IMG/VR virus record: IMGVR_UViG_3300013121_000025
Span: 64,001 to 128,000 of that record
DNA from: a virus
Lineage: Duplodnaviria; Caudoviricetes
Length of the DNA: 64,000 nucleotides
Direction: 5' to 3' (one strand)
Shown: piece by piece, positions 1 through 8,778 of the stretch
Position numbering within the stretch: position 1 is the stretch's first letter
Layout: each line of letters opens with the position of its first letter
Notes under the pieces: model-generated
What the model saw: the letters and a program-made list of their open reading frames with translations, nothing else
Told to the model about the DNA's origin: nothing
Databases searched by the model: none
Position numbers and translations under genes: made by a program

Positions 1-544
1 TTACCATTAATGTTTTACCAGTTGGTTTGAGAATCCGAAGAAATTCTGAGAATAAAGACAATTCACGAACTGTACTTACTTCATCACATAATATATAATC
101 AACAACGTCATTAGGCAAAGTGCTAGACATTAGTTGGACATCAGAATAATGAGTTACTTTAATTACTGAACCGTTAGTGAGGATAATATTAGTATTTGTG
201 ATTGAAGCATTTAACCCTTTTTGTAAACAAATACTCTTTAACACACCAAATGCGTTTTTGGCCATAGGAGCATTCATTGTAACGAATAAAATTGTATTTT
301 TTTCTTTTAAAGCAGTGGTTAAGGCAGTAGCAAGAAGACAAGTAGTTCCTCCCACTTGTCTTCCTTTTAATACTAAAGTATGATCATTATGCAACGCACT
401 TGAGATTATATGATTTTGATATTCTGCTAGAGTAATACCAAGCATATCCTCAATTTCTTTGAACGAAGGGGTAACTGCTGTATCTTTATTATATATTTGT
501 GATAATGTGGATGTTAATTTATTTTTATAGATATGATCTATCAT
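1..544 (-). CDS. Terminase large-subunit ATPase-domain homolog with degenerate Walker A (partial, runs off window; absent from ORF track)
   Basis: Manual translation from ATG at 544 (RBS AGAGG upstream) is open to base 1: MIDHIYKNKL...AEYQNHII...LVLKGRQVGGTTCLLA...NTILFV...LTNGSVIKV...VDYILCDEV...LKPTGKTLMV. YQ adenine-binding motif, K-x-RQ-x-G-[G]-TT, NGS and hhhhDE match T4 gp17-type ATPases; lies directly after TerS. Confidence 0.75.
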   Translation of the reverse strand, partial: MIDHIYKNKLTSTLSQIYNKDTAVTPSFKEIEDMLGITLAEYQNHIISSALHNDHTLVLKGRQVGGTTCLLATALTTALKEKNTILFVTMNAPMAKNAFGVLKSICLQKGLNASITNTNIILTNGSVIKVTHYSDVQLMSSTLPNDVVDYILCDEVSTVRELSLFSEFLRILKPTGKTLMV

Positions 545-595
545 ATACTTACCTCTGTGGTAAATATATTTATTTTGGTATTTTTCGAAGATCCC

Positions 596-1060
596 TTACT
601 CTGTGTCGTCTTGTGGCGGACTTTCTAATACTCTACCTGTTTTAAGAGACTTGAGTAGTTCATTTCTGTCAAAGATAAGGTTATTTTGAGTATAATTATT
701 TTTACTTGTTACTTTTTCAAGTTTGTCTTTATTTGCCTTCATGACAGCTTTTTTATCAGCAGCGGCTAATGCAGCATTTAAAAATTGAACAGCCACTTCA
801 CGGGATTTGTTTTTATATTTTGGCTCAATATCATCTAATTGTTCAATAGTTTCATGAAATGTTTCCATAGCAGCATCGTAAACTTCTTCAAATTGTTGCT
901 CAATCTCTTTATCCTTATCATCATATGTAGGATGTTCAACTACAGCAATTTCAGTATTACGTTGTGTTGTTTCGACAATAGTAGTGCTGGGCTCGATTCC
1001 AAATAATTCTTCCATTGGATGATCAGTCATTTCTTCAACTTTAATATATTTGTCACTCAT
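596..1060 (-). CDS. Terminase small subunit (gp16-like)
   Basis: 154 aa, acidic helical core, C-terminal TQNNLIFDRNELLKSL typical of T4-like TerS; position between gp4 and TerL-like ORF. Confidence 0.65.
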   Translation of the reverse strand: MSDKYIKVEEMTDHPMEELFGIEPSTTIVETTQRNTEIAVVEHPTYDDKDKEIEQQFEEVYDAAMETFHETIEQLDDIEPKYKNKSREVAVQFLNAALAAADKKAVMKANKDKLEKVTSKNNYTQNNLIFDRNELLKSLKTGRVLESPPQDDTE

Positions 1061-1062
1061 AA

Positions 1063-1506
1063 CTACCTCATAAACAATTGTTGTTCTGTAACAATTCTAA
1101 ATTGAATATTGCGTTGGTTGCACCATGCTCTCGCAGCTTCCCATTTTGCTTGATTAATAGCATACACAATATTTTCATATAATCTTGTTTTCTGTTTTCG
1201 TGCTTTCGAGAGAACTGTTTGTGATGAAGGTTTAATTTCCAACATTTCACTTATTACCTCATTATCCTTATTAATATATTGTACATATAAGTCTGGATAA
1301 TATTTGTGAAGTTTATTATCTGTTGGTTTTAAGTATGGTATACCAACAGGCTCACTAGACCACTTAAGAACCTTAATATTATTGTCTAAAAAATTAAAAC
1401 AATGTAGTTCCCACGATGATCTATATATTATCTTACTTAAATCCCCAATATATTTGTCAGGATTTTTAGGTTGATAGTATCCTTTTCGAAAGTTTGTCGT
1501 CTTCAT
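1063..1506 (-). CDS. gp4: Head completion nuclease (T4 gp4-like, TnsA-N fold)
   Basis: YYQPKNPDKYIGD...IYRSSWE...WSSE...YYPD...EIKP...NQAKWEAA motifs. Confidence 0.9.
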   Translation of the reverse strand: MKTTNFRKGYYQPKNPDKYIGDLSKIIYRSSWELHCFNFLDNNIKVLKWSSEPVGIPYLKPTDNKLHKYYPDLYVQYINKDNEVISEMLEIKPSSQTVLSKARKQKTRLYENIVYAINQAKWEAARAWCNQRNIQFRIVTEQQLFMR

Positions 1507-2879
1507 TCTCTATTTAGAGTGCTATTTGTAGGAGTTGACATTAACGCTGGTGACGCTGGAACTCTTTTCAAGTTGGTTTTATCACCAGCTTGTGTCAATA
1601 CATAATTAACTTCTTTTGCTATATCTTCGTGTTTAGTAGATATTAAAGGAATAATATTAATATTATCATAAGCCCATGTTACAGTAATTGCACTAGCATC
1701 ATTCGTAGCATTGTTTAATTGATCTAATTGCATATCAATAATTTTTGGATTAATTAAACGATACACGTCACAAAATGCACCGCCATGAGTAAAATGATAA
1801 ATGGTAATTTGACTTAAAATAGATTGTGTTACTGTACTATCGTCCATAATAGATAAGGAAGCAGCGTTATTATGAACTGGTAATTCTGGTGCTGTTTTTT
1901 TCCCATTGTGTTGATTACTTCTATCAAAACTATTAATTAATCCATTTATATCTTTCCCATCATATATTCCTTGTGAGGTTGTATCCTTTGAAATGTTAGT
2001 AATAGGAATCATAATTTGCATATATGTATTGATAAATGCTAATACAGATGATAATTGATCATCATAAAACGACATTGATATTGGTTTAAAGGATGTTTTC
2101 TTAATCAATTTTGAACGATAATTGTAATAATTCACATCTTCAGTATCATATTCTACTTGAGGGCGATCACAAGATTTAACCATAAATGCTGCTGGAAGGT
2201 CCCCAATTTGTTGATATGTTGGATTGTAATCAAACTTAACAGCATACTTCCAAGGAAACTTCGGACCACCAAAAATATCAACATAATCTTGAGCATAGTT
2301 TGGATGTGATTGTACTTCTATTACTGTTTCTGGTTTTTTCTTAAAAAATGGATCAAGCAATCTTGCCCCTAATTTAAATAAATTCGCAAAGTCTCTTGTA
2401 TACTGTGGAATTGTTTCTAAATTGAATTCACCATTTTTTAATTTATCAACAATGTCGTCACCAGCTGCAACAGCAGAGTTAACAGTACTTGGATTGATTT
2501 TATTAATAGCACCAAATACATCATTTCCTGTTAATGTCGGATTGCCTTGTTCGTCTGATCCACCAACTCTCGCAACAAAATCAACGACCCCTTTACCGCC
2601 ACTATTAATCAAATTTGTAAGTCCGGGACCACCAGCAATTGCTGTTTGATGGATTGCCGTTAATCCTTTTGTTGCTTTTCCTAATGCTTGAATATTTGAT
2701 AGTTTTCCAATTGCACCAAGAAATGTTGCGGAACCTTGGGATCCTTGTCCTTGTTTAACATCTGTTATTTTAAATTTAACAGAATTAGAAACAACGTTGG
2801 TTCCATCGGAATCAATACTTGGAGTAGGAGGATCAATTATCCCCTTAATGATTTTTTTTCCTTCACTAAAAACTGACAT
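1503..2879 (-). CDS. Tail-tube-fold protein with long N-terminal extension (tube initiator/gp48-gp54-like)
   Basis: C-terminal half VKSCDRPQVEYDTEDVNYYN...FKPISMSFYDD...ITVTWAYD parallels the adjacent gp19 sequence. Confidence 0.65.
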   Translation of the reverse strand: MSVFSEGKKIIKGIIDPPTPSIDSDGTNVVSNSVKFKITDVKQGQGSQGSATFLGAIGKLSNIQALGKATKGLTAIHQTAIAGGPGLTNLINSGGKGVVDFVARVGGSDEQGNPTLTGNDVFGAINKINPSTVNSAVAAGDDIVDKLKNGEFNLETIPQYTRDFANLFKLGARLLDPFFKKKPETVIEVQSHPNYAQDYVDIFGGPKFPWKYAVKFDYNPTYQQIGDLPAAFMVKSCDRPQVEYDTEDVNYYNYRSKLIKKTSFKPISMSFYDDQLSSVLAFINTYMQIMIPITNISKDTTSQGIYDGKDINGLINSFDRSNQHNGKKTAPELPVHNNAASLSIMDDSTVTQSILSQITIYHFTHGGAFCDVYRLINPKIIDMQLDQLNNATNDASAITVTWAYDNINIIPLISTKHEDIAKEVNYVLTQAGDKTNLKRVPASPALMSTPTNSTLNRE

Positions 2880-2902
2880 ATATCAATACTCGTATGTTAA
2901 TG

Positions 2903-2910
2903 TATTTATA
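2903..2910 (-). promoter_or_regulatory. T4-type late promoter TATAAATA
   Basis: Exact T4 gp55 consensus on minus strand ~24 nt upstream of ATG 2879. Confidence 0.75.
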
Positions 2911-2940
2911 AAAAAGGAAAGGGGCGCCGAAGCGCCCCTT
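2910..2940 (-). terminator. Rho-independent terminator after tail tube gene
   Basis: AAGGGGCGC-TTCG-GCGCCCCTT stem-loop followed by T-rich tract on minus strand. Confidence 0.8.
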
Positions 2941-2958
2941 GTTTGTTTCTTAAAGTGA

Positions 2959-3549
2959 TTATGCACCACCAATTGCAATACCTTGATTATGACCATCGAC
3001 ACCAACATAAGTGTTATGAACTTGATATGCATGGTCAATGGAAACAGATAATGTAATCTTAACTGCTTCATTTGCTGAGTAATCGAAGGTGTCATAGTTT
3101 GCAGTTTGTACCCAGCAACCTTGAACGTTCCATGTTTCAAGAACAGCTTCATTACCATCGAGGGCTTCAATCTTTGTAGCAAACTTATAAACAGATGCTT
3201 CTGGTGCAGAGGCTAACCATGGACCTAATACACCTGTTAAGTATTGCTGTTTCTGTAATTGTTCTTGAATAACCTTAGATGCACTTCCTGTTACATCATC
3301 TTCAATAACAATTTCTAATGGTTCCCATGTGTGTTTTGAAGCAACAAATACTTTTGAATTGTAACGGTTAACTTCGACCTTTTCCCAAGAAACGTTAGGA
3401 CGTGAACATGTAACTACCTGCATCGAAACAGGAATCGAAGACGATCCACCACCGAAACCTGTAAAGGTTACACGGAAGCGATTCTTTAATTTTGGTTGTA
3501 AAATACCAGTACCAACGCCTGGAATACCGATGTCCATTATAGTGGCCAT
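2959..3549 (-). CDS. gp19: Tail tube protein (gp19-like)
   Basis: QPKLKNRFRVTF...RPNVSW...WEPLEIVIEDD...LETWNVQGCW...DYSANEAVKITLSVSIDHA; directly downstream of sheath; AGGAG RBS. Confidence 0.9.
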   Translation of the reverse strand: MATIMDIGIPGVGTGILQPKLKNRFRVTFTGFGGGSSSIPVSMQVVTCSRPNVSWEKVEVNRYNSKVFVASKHTWEPLEIVIEDDVTGSASKVIQEQLQKQQYLTGVLGPWLASAPEASVYKFATKIEALDGNEAVLETWNVQGCWVQTANYDTFDYSANEAVKITLSVSIDHAYQVHNTYVGVDGHNQGIAIGGA

Positions 3550-3595
3550 TTTTTATCTCCTAAAAAGTGAAATATATAATTTCTGTTGTATGTAC

Positions 3596-3603
3596 TATTT
3601 ATA
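3596..3603 (-). promoter_or_regulatory. Late promoter TATAAATA (tail tube)
   Basis: Exact consensus upstream of gp19. Confidence 0.75.
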
Positions 3604-3631
3604 ATAATTGCCCGATTTCTTAAACAATATC

Positions 3632-3657
3632 AAAAAGGCCCCTTTCGGGGCCTTTTT
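3632..3657 (-). terminator. Rho-independent terminator after sheath gene
   Basis: AAAAAGGCCCC-tttc-GGGGCCTTTTT perfect inverted repeat with A/T tails. Confidence 0.85.
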
Positions 3658-3659
3658 AA

Positions 3660-6158
3660 TTAGATATCAGCACCAGTTGTTAATACTTGAATTGGTACGT
3701 AAATGAATTCTGCTGCCTTAGTTGGCTTAATACCAACATATACATATAACTCATTACGATCAATTCTATCTGATGTATTAAGTGATTCATCGGATACAAC
3801 TATGAAGTCATATAAACCTTGCTTCACAACAATATCATTCAACAATCCAGTAAACATTGCAACAATGTTATCACGTGTTAATTGTGTGTTTGGCTGGAAC
3901 ACGAACGGCATTGACGCTTTACGTAATGCACGCTTAAGGTATCCAACTAATCTCGCAACGTTAACACGGTCTGTCGCTTGAGCAGCATTACCAGCAGTCT
4001 TTTGACCCCATACAATGATTCCACGTTGTGGGAATGCAACGATTGGGTTAAGGTTCTTGTAGTAATCATACATGTTATCACGTTGACCTTGGTTAAGTGC
4101 CAACTCAACGAATGTTGTCGCAGTTCCAAGTGTTCCACGAACATATCCTACACGATCAATACCAGTTACTAAACCACGTGTTGTTCCAGCAGGTGCCCAC
4201 CACAAGTCAGAGATACTATCACTGAATGCATATGTACGAAGAGCAATTGCAGAAGACGGAACTAATACTTCAGAACCATCTAAGTTTGTTCCCATACCGT
4301 GTGGGTAGTAGTAAGCCAAGTTGAACGATGTTACACGATTTGTAGTAGACATCCACTCAACAACAGCATCTGCGTTCTTATTCATTGGAACGTCACCAAT
4401 CACGAACACTTCATCTTTCAATTCTTGTGCAAGAGACACTAAGTTTGAAGTACATTCGTAGAAACCTGGGCAAAGAACAAGGTTGTATTCATATGTTTCA
4501 GAACGAATGTCTTCGTTATTAACAATTACACTCTTAAGTGCTTTTACGATTGTTGCTCTACGTTGAGCATCAGTAGCACCCAAAGAAGTAGCATTGATGT
4601 ATTCCATTGTCATTTGATAATCTTCAGATACTGCAATGAAGAAATCACGTGCTTCACCAGCATCCCAACGCAATTCTTCTTCGTGGAAAAATTCAAGTAC
4701 GCATGATGTATCAATTACACCAGGACTTGCGTCGTTAGCAACATCAGAACCTGATTCAAGAGTAATAACATCCCCAGCAACGCTTGCTACAGTGTATGCA
4801 TTTGACAATAAAATTCTATTGTTATCAACATTTTCTGCTAAAGTAACACGAATCTTATCACCTGCAACAACATCTGTACCAAAATCATAACCAGTTACTG
4901 TGATTGTGTCTTGAGCTGGGCTTGCGCCGTTATTGTCGAAGATAACTTCATAACTTTGATATGTAGCTGGGAAAATTTGCATTACCGCAGAAATATCAGG
5001 ATTGGTTGCATTCATTGTACCACCAGAGGATGTTGCAAACACGTCTTCTGGAGAACCACCAGCTGATTCAAGAATCAATGTATCATTCTCGATGTATGTA
5101 GAAGTTAAGAATGTACCACCACTATATACTTTGTAGTATGGTTTATCAGGGTTGTTATCATTATCAGAATCTTCTGCATTTGAGATTACAATCTTCATAG
5201 AGCTTGTAACGTCAGAGAAGTTTCCGCCATCTTTACGAACGATGAAATCATAACCAGCAGGAACACCATTTACAGTTGTGTTGTAATCGTTATGTACTAA
5301 TTTGATCTGATTAACTGTTTCGATTGCTTCTGCAACGTTAGAAATTGTTAATACTTTGTTCCATAAGGTCGATGTAACACCAGCGTTTACTGGATATGTA
5401 GGATCAACAGCACTGCCTTCGACACCAAGGTAATAATCACCATTAGCAACAGGAGTTGAAGTGATGGTATCGTACATGGTTAATGGTAAGGAAGTTTGAT
5501 CTTCATAGAAAGTTGGACGTGTATAACGGAAGGTGTCATTATCAAAATATACATTCAATCCGTCTACATCAATGCCCATATTTTCTTCAAGAACTTCGCT
5601 AATAATTGCCAACAATTCGTCAGAATTAACTGCTGATTTATATGCGATATCAAGCGGATCAAGAATTCCGTTATCGGCATTTAAATTATCAAGATAAGAT
5701 TGAACACGGCTTTCAATAATGTATGCTAAGCCTAAAGGAAGTGGATCAAGAACATTTGTGACGTTGTGAGTCATTTTTCTTAACCACAATTCGTCAAGAG
5801 TTTCACGATCGTCATTTAAGTTAACTGGCGCACGAACAGTATATGCTTTTGCACCCGCTCCTAAGAAATGGTTAAGTGTGAACAAACCATATTCGTTTCT
5901 TGCGTCACCGTGCATCGGATTACCATCAGCGTCAGTTTTAAATACTGGAGTACCATACAAACGTACGCTTTGTGTTAAAGAAGTGATTGTGCGAACAACA
6001 CCTGATTCATATGTTCCTAATGCTGGATCGCCAGATGAATTAAGTTTTTCGCTTGCTGTTGCCATAACAATTAATGGAGTAGTAACTCCGCCTGCTGGAA
6101 CAAATTGACTAGATTCAGTAACGGTAACTGAAACTCCAGGGGATATAAGTGATGCCAT
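3660..6158 (-). CDS. gp18: Tail sheath protein with large internal insertion
   Basis: N-terminal LISPGVSVTV; C-terminal WWAPAGTTRG, NPIVAFPQRGIIVWGQKT, DRVNVARL, VFQPNTQLTR, GIKPTKAAEFIYVPI. Confidence 0.95.
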   Translation of the reverse strand: MASLISPGVSVTVTESSQFVPAGGVTTPLIVMATASEKLNSSGDPALGTYESGVVRTITSLTQSVRLYGTPVFKTDADGNPMHGDARNEYGLFTLNHFLGAGAKAYTVRAPVNLNDDRETLDELWLRKMTHNVTNVLDPLPLGLAYIIESRVQSYLDNLNADNGILDPLDIAYKSAVNSDELLAIISEVLEENMGIDVDGLNVYFDNDTFRYTRPTFYEDQTSLPLTMYDTITSTPVANGDYYLGVEGSAVDPTYPVNAGVTSTLWNKVLTISNVAEAIETVNQIKLVHNDYNTTVNGVPAGYDFIVRKDGGNFSDVTSSMKIVISNAEDSDNDNNPDKPYYKVYSGGTFLTSTYIENDTLILESAGGSPEDVFATSSGGTMNATNPDISAVMQIFPATYQSYEVIFDNNGASPAQDTITVTGYDFGTDVVAGDKIRVTLAENVDNNRILLSNAYTVASVAGDVITLESGSDVANDASPGVIDTSCVLEFFHEEELRWDAGEARDFFIAVSEDYQMTMEYINATSLGATDAQRRATIVKALKSVIVNNEDIRSETYEYNLVLCPGFYECTSNLVSLAQELKDEVFVIGDVPMNKNADAVVEWMSTTNRVTSFNLAYYYPHGMGTNLDGSEVLVPSSAIALRTYAFSDSISDLWWAPAGTTRGLVTGIDRVGYVRGTLGTATTFVELALNQGQRDNMYDYYKNLNPIVAFPQRGIIVWGQKTAGNAAQATDRVNVARLVGYLKRALRKASMPFVFQPNTQLTRDNIVAMFTGLLNDIVVKQGLYDFIVVSDESLNTSDRIDRNELYVYVGIKPTKAAEFIYVPIQVLTTGADI

Positions 6159-6189
6159 GATTTTTAACTCCTAAATAAGTATGTGATAG

Positions 6190-6197
6190 TATTTATT
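6190..6197 (-). promoter_or_regulatory. Late promoter AATAAATA (sheath)
   Basis: TAAATA core ~32 nt upstream of gp18 ATG. Confidence 0.65.
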
Positions 6198-6235
6198 ATT
6201 AGGAACCATATATAATTAATTTTTGTAGAGAACAC

Positions 6236-8056
6236 ATGAACAAAGATCATTTTTTAACTCACTTACGAGCTATTAAAATTCTAAAAGAAAACAATACTCT
6301 ATCAGTGCATTGGAAAACGTTTAGAGAGAAATTTCCTAATGAATGTATAACATTAATGGAATTAACTTCATTCTTACCAAGTGATTTTCCTATAAATCTA
6401 CGTTGGTTAATACTAATAAATGACATCAATGAAGTAGGTAAGTGTAAAGTATGTGGAGAGCTAACAACTTTTGATGCTTTTAATAAACGATTTAATTTAT
6501 TTTGTCGTAATAAAAACGGAAAATCATGTGCAATGCAAGATAGAGACATAAGAGATAAAAAAGATGATACAACTTTAACACGATATGGTGTGAAAAATAT
6601 TGCCAATATTCAAGCTACTACTAATAAACGAAAACAAACTATGTTGTCTCGTTATGGAGTAGACAGTGCATGTAAGATGGAAGGTAATAAAAGTCTAATT
6701 AAATACACCGACCAACTAAAAGAAAAACAAAGGGAGGGATGTTTTGAAAAATATGGTGTTTATAATTTTAACGAGTTAAAAGTGCCTAATCATATCCGTG
6801 AGTTGTGTAGTAATTATAATTGGATGTATAATCAATACATAACATTGCAAAAAGATAAAACAGATATTTGTTCTGAATTTGGAATTTCAAGTTATACATT
6901 AAGAAAATATTTAAACCAACATAATTTAACAGAAGAATTCAAAACACAACAATTAAACAAACAATTATCAGAATATTTAACCCAATTTACTGATACTAAA
7001 CATTTGCGAGATAAGAATTGGTTAACTGCTCTTTTTACTAATTATTATATCAGTCGTCAACAACTAGCGGACCATTTTAATGTATCAAGATCATATATTG
7101 ATAAATTGTGCAACGATTTTAATATATTAGATGTATCAAAATCGAACCACGAGAGTTCTTTTGAAACAAGTTTTTGTTCTTTTTTAACAAATCATAATAT
7201 TGAATTCGAAAAAAATAATAAAACGATAATTGCTCCTTATGAACTTGATTGTTACATACCAACCTTACGTTTAGCGATTGAATTATGTGGAATAAGATGG
7301 CATTCAGAGTTAAAAGGTAAAGATAAACACTACCATAAAAGAAAATGGCAAATGTGTCAAGATAATGGAATACAACTTATTCAAATTTGGGACAACGAGT
7401 GGAAGAATAGTGCAGATATAGTAAAATCTAAAATTCTTAATGCTTGTAAGAAAGCTTCTTCGATTTATGCAAGAAAAACTAAACTAATACAATTAACAAC
7501 CGAACAAGAACGAACATTTTTTAGTAAATCACATTTACAAGGACACCTCAATAGTACTATATGTTATGGATTAGAATTCAATAATACTATAGTTGCTGCA
7601 ATGTCTTTTATTAAATCGCGTTATAATAAACAATTTCAATGGGAACTTTTACGTTTTGCAAATTTGCCATCAACGCACGTGGTAGGAGGGGCAAGTAAAA
7701 TATTAAAATATTTCGAGCATGCTCACCATCCTAGTTCATTGATTAGTTATTGTGATATGAGATGGGGAACAGGTAACATGTATTTAAAAACAGGGTTCAC
7801 ATTGTCTCATATCAGCAATCCGAGTTATTATTATTTCAATATTAATGCTCCATTAAAACTATATCATCGATCAGCATATCAAAAACATAAATTAAAAGAA
7901 AAATTATTATCTTTTGATCCAATGAAAACAGAGTGGGATAACATGAAAGATAATAATTTTGATAGAATTTGGGATTGTGGGAACAAAGTGTTTATAAAAC
8001 ATTATGTGGAATTAGATACGTCTTCAACTAATATATTAGCTGTGCCAGAGGAATAA
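6236..8056 (+). mobile_element. Free-standing Hef-like homing endonuclease gene (zinc-finger, YGV repeats, Vsr-like PD-(D/E)XK nuclease, C-terminal GNAT-like domain), antisense within the late operon
   Basis: CKVCG; three (T/S/E)-(R/K)-YGV repeats; ELDCYIPTLRLAIELCGIRWHS; IQLIQIWDNEW; IYARK...HLQG...WELLRFA...VVGGASKILKYF...ISYCDMRW...RIWDCG; only plus-strand gene in a minus-strand block. Confidence 0.8.
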
Positions 8057-8778
8057 TTAGTGGATTCAAACCCATCTAATGTAGTGGTTATATAGTTCTC
8101 AAACGCATCGTTAGTACTCAAAATACTTAATTTTGTGAATACTTTATTAACGAAAGTTTTCTTTTGTTCAGCAGGAACGCCTAACCATATAGGCAAATTA
8201 AATTTCAACTCTGTGGTAATTAAACGTGGATTTTCATTAGCAGGATATTCTTCACGTAAATCTATTCCTGTCAATTCAACCATAGTAATTTTAGTCATAT
8301 CAAACAATGCATCTGATTTTTGAATTTGTACAATAGGATCAAAATAAACTAATATTTGCTCAAGGATTTGTCGTTGTTGATTAGAATTGGAAGTAATGAT
8401 GGATAACTCCATTTCCATATCATAAGGAACAGGCATCACTTGTTTAACCATTTTAATATCTGTAGGGAATACACCACCCAACGGAAGATATGTAAATTCT
8501 CTCGTTGTTCCTGTTCCTTTCATTCTTTCCTTTGATATGTTTAATCCTGTCATATAAGCACTCATCATAGGAATCTTAATAAGTGCGTTTTGAGTATTAT
8601 TGGCAATTATTGATGCTGTTACACGATCTTTGCTGCCATATACAATAGGAACTGGTAAATCATGAACGTTACCGTCACGACGAACGCCAGTTTTTACAAT
8701 CAATCCTTCAAAAATGGCCATAAATTGTATTTGAAATTTAGCAATTTGTTCTTCGAAAAAATACCCTTCGTATGCCAT
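8002..8778 (-). CDS. gp15: Tail sheath stabiliser/terminator (gp15-like)
   Basis: YFFEEQI...VPIVYG...IPMMS...PVPYDMEMELSI...QILEQILVYFDP. Confidence 0.85.
   Translation of the reverse strand: MAYEGYFFEEQIAKFQIQFMAIFEGLIVKTGVRRDGNVHDLPVPIVYGSKDRVTASIIANNTQNALIKIPMMSAYMTGLNISKERMKGTGTTREFTYLPLGGVFPTDIKMVKQVMPVPYDMEMELSIITSNSNQQRQILEQILVYFDPIVQIQKSDALFDMTKITMVELTGIDLREEYPANENPRLITTELKFNLPIWLGVPAEQKKTFVNKVFTKLSILSTNDAFENYITTTLDGFESTNYSSGTANILVEDVSNST

Noticed and set aside
177-383. 68-aa plus-strand ORF
   Set aside because: Antisense to the motif-bearing TerL-like ORF at 544 to <1
6170-6177. Plus-strand CCTAAATA as a late promoter for the endonuclease
   Set aside because: It is the reverse complement of the sheath RBS region (TATTTAGGAG) and is further from the ATG than the other boxes; probably coincidental
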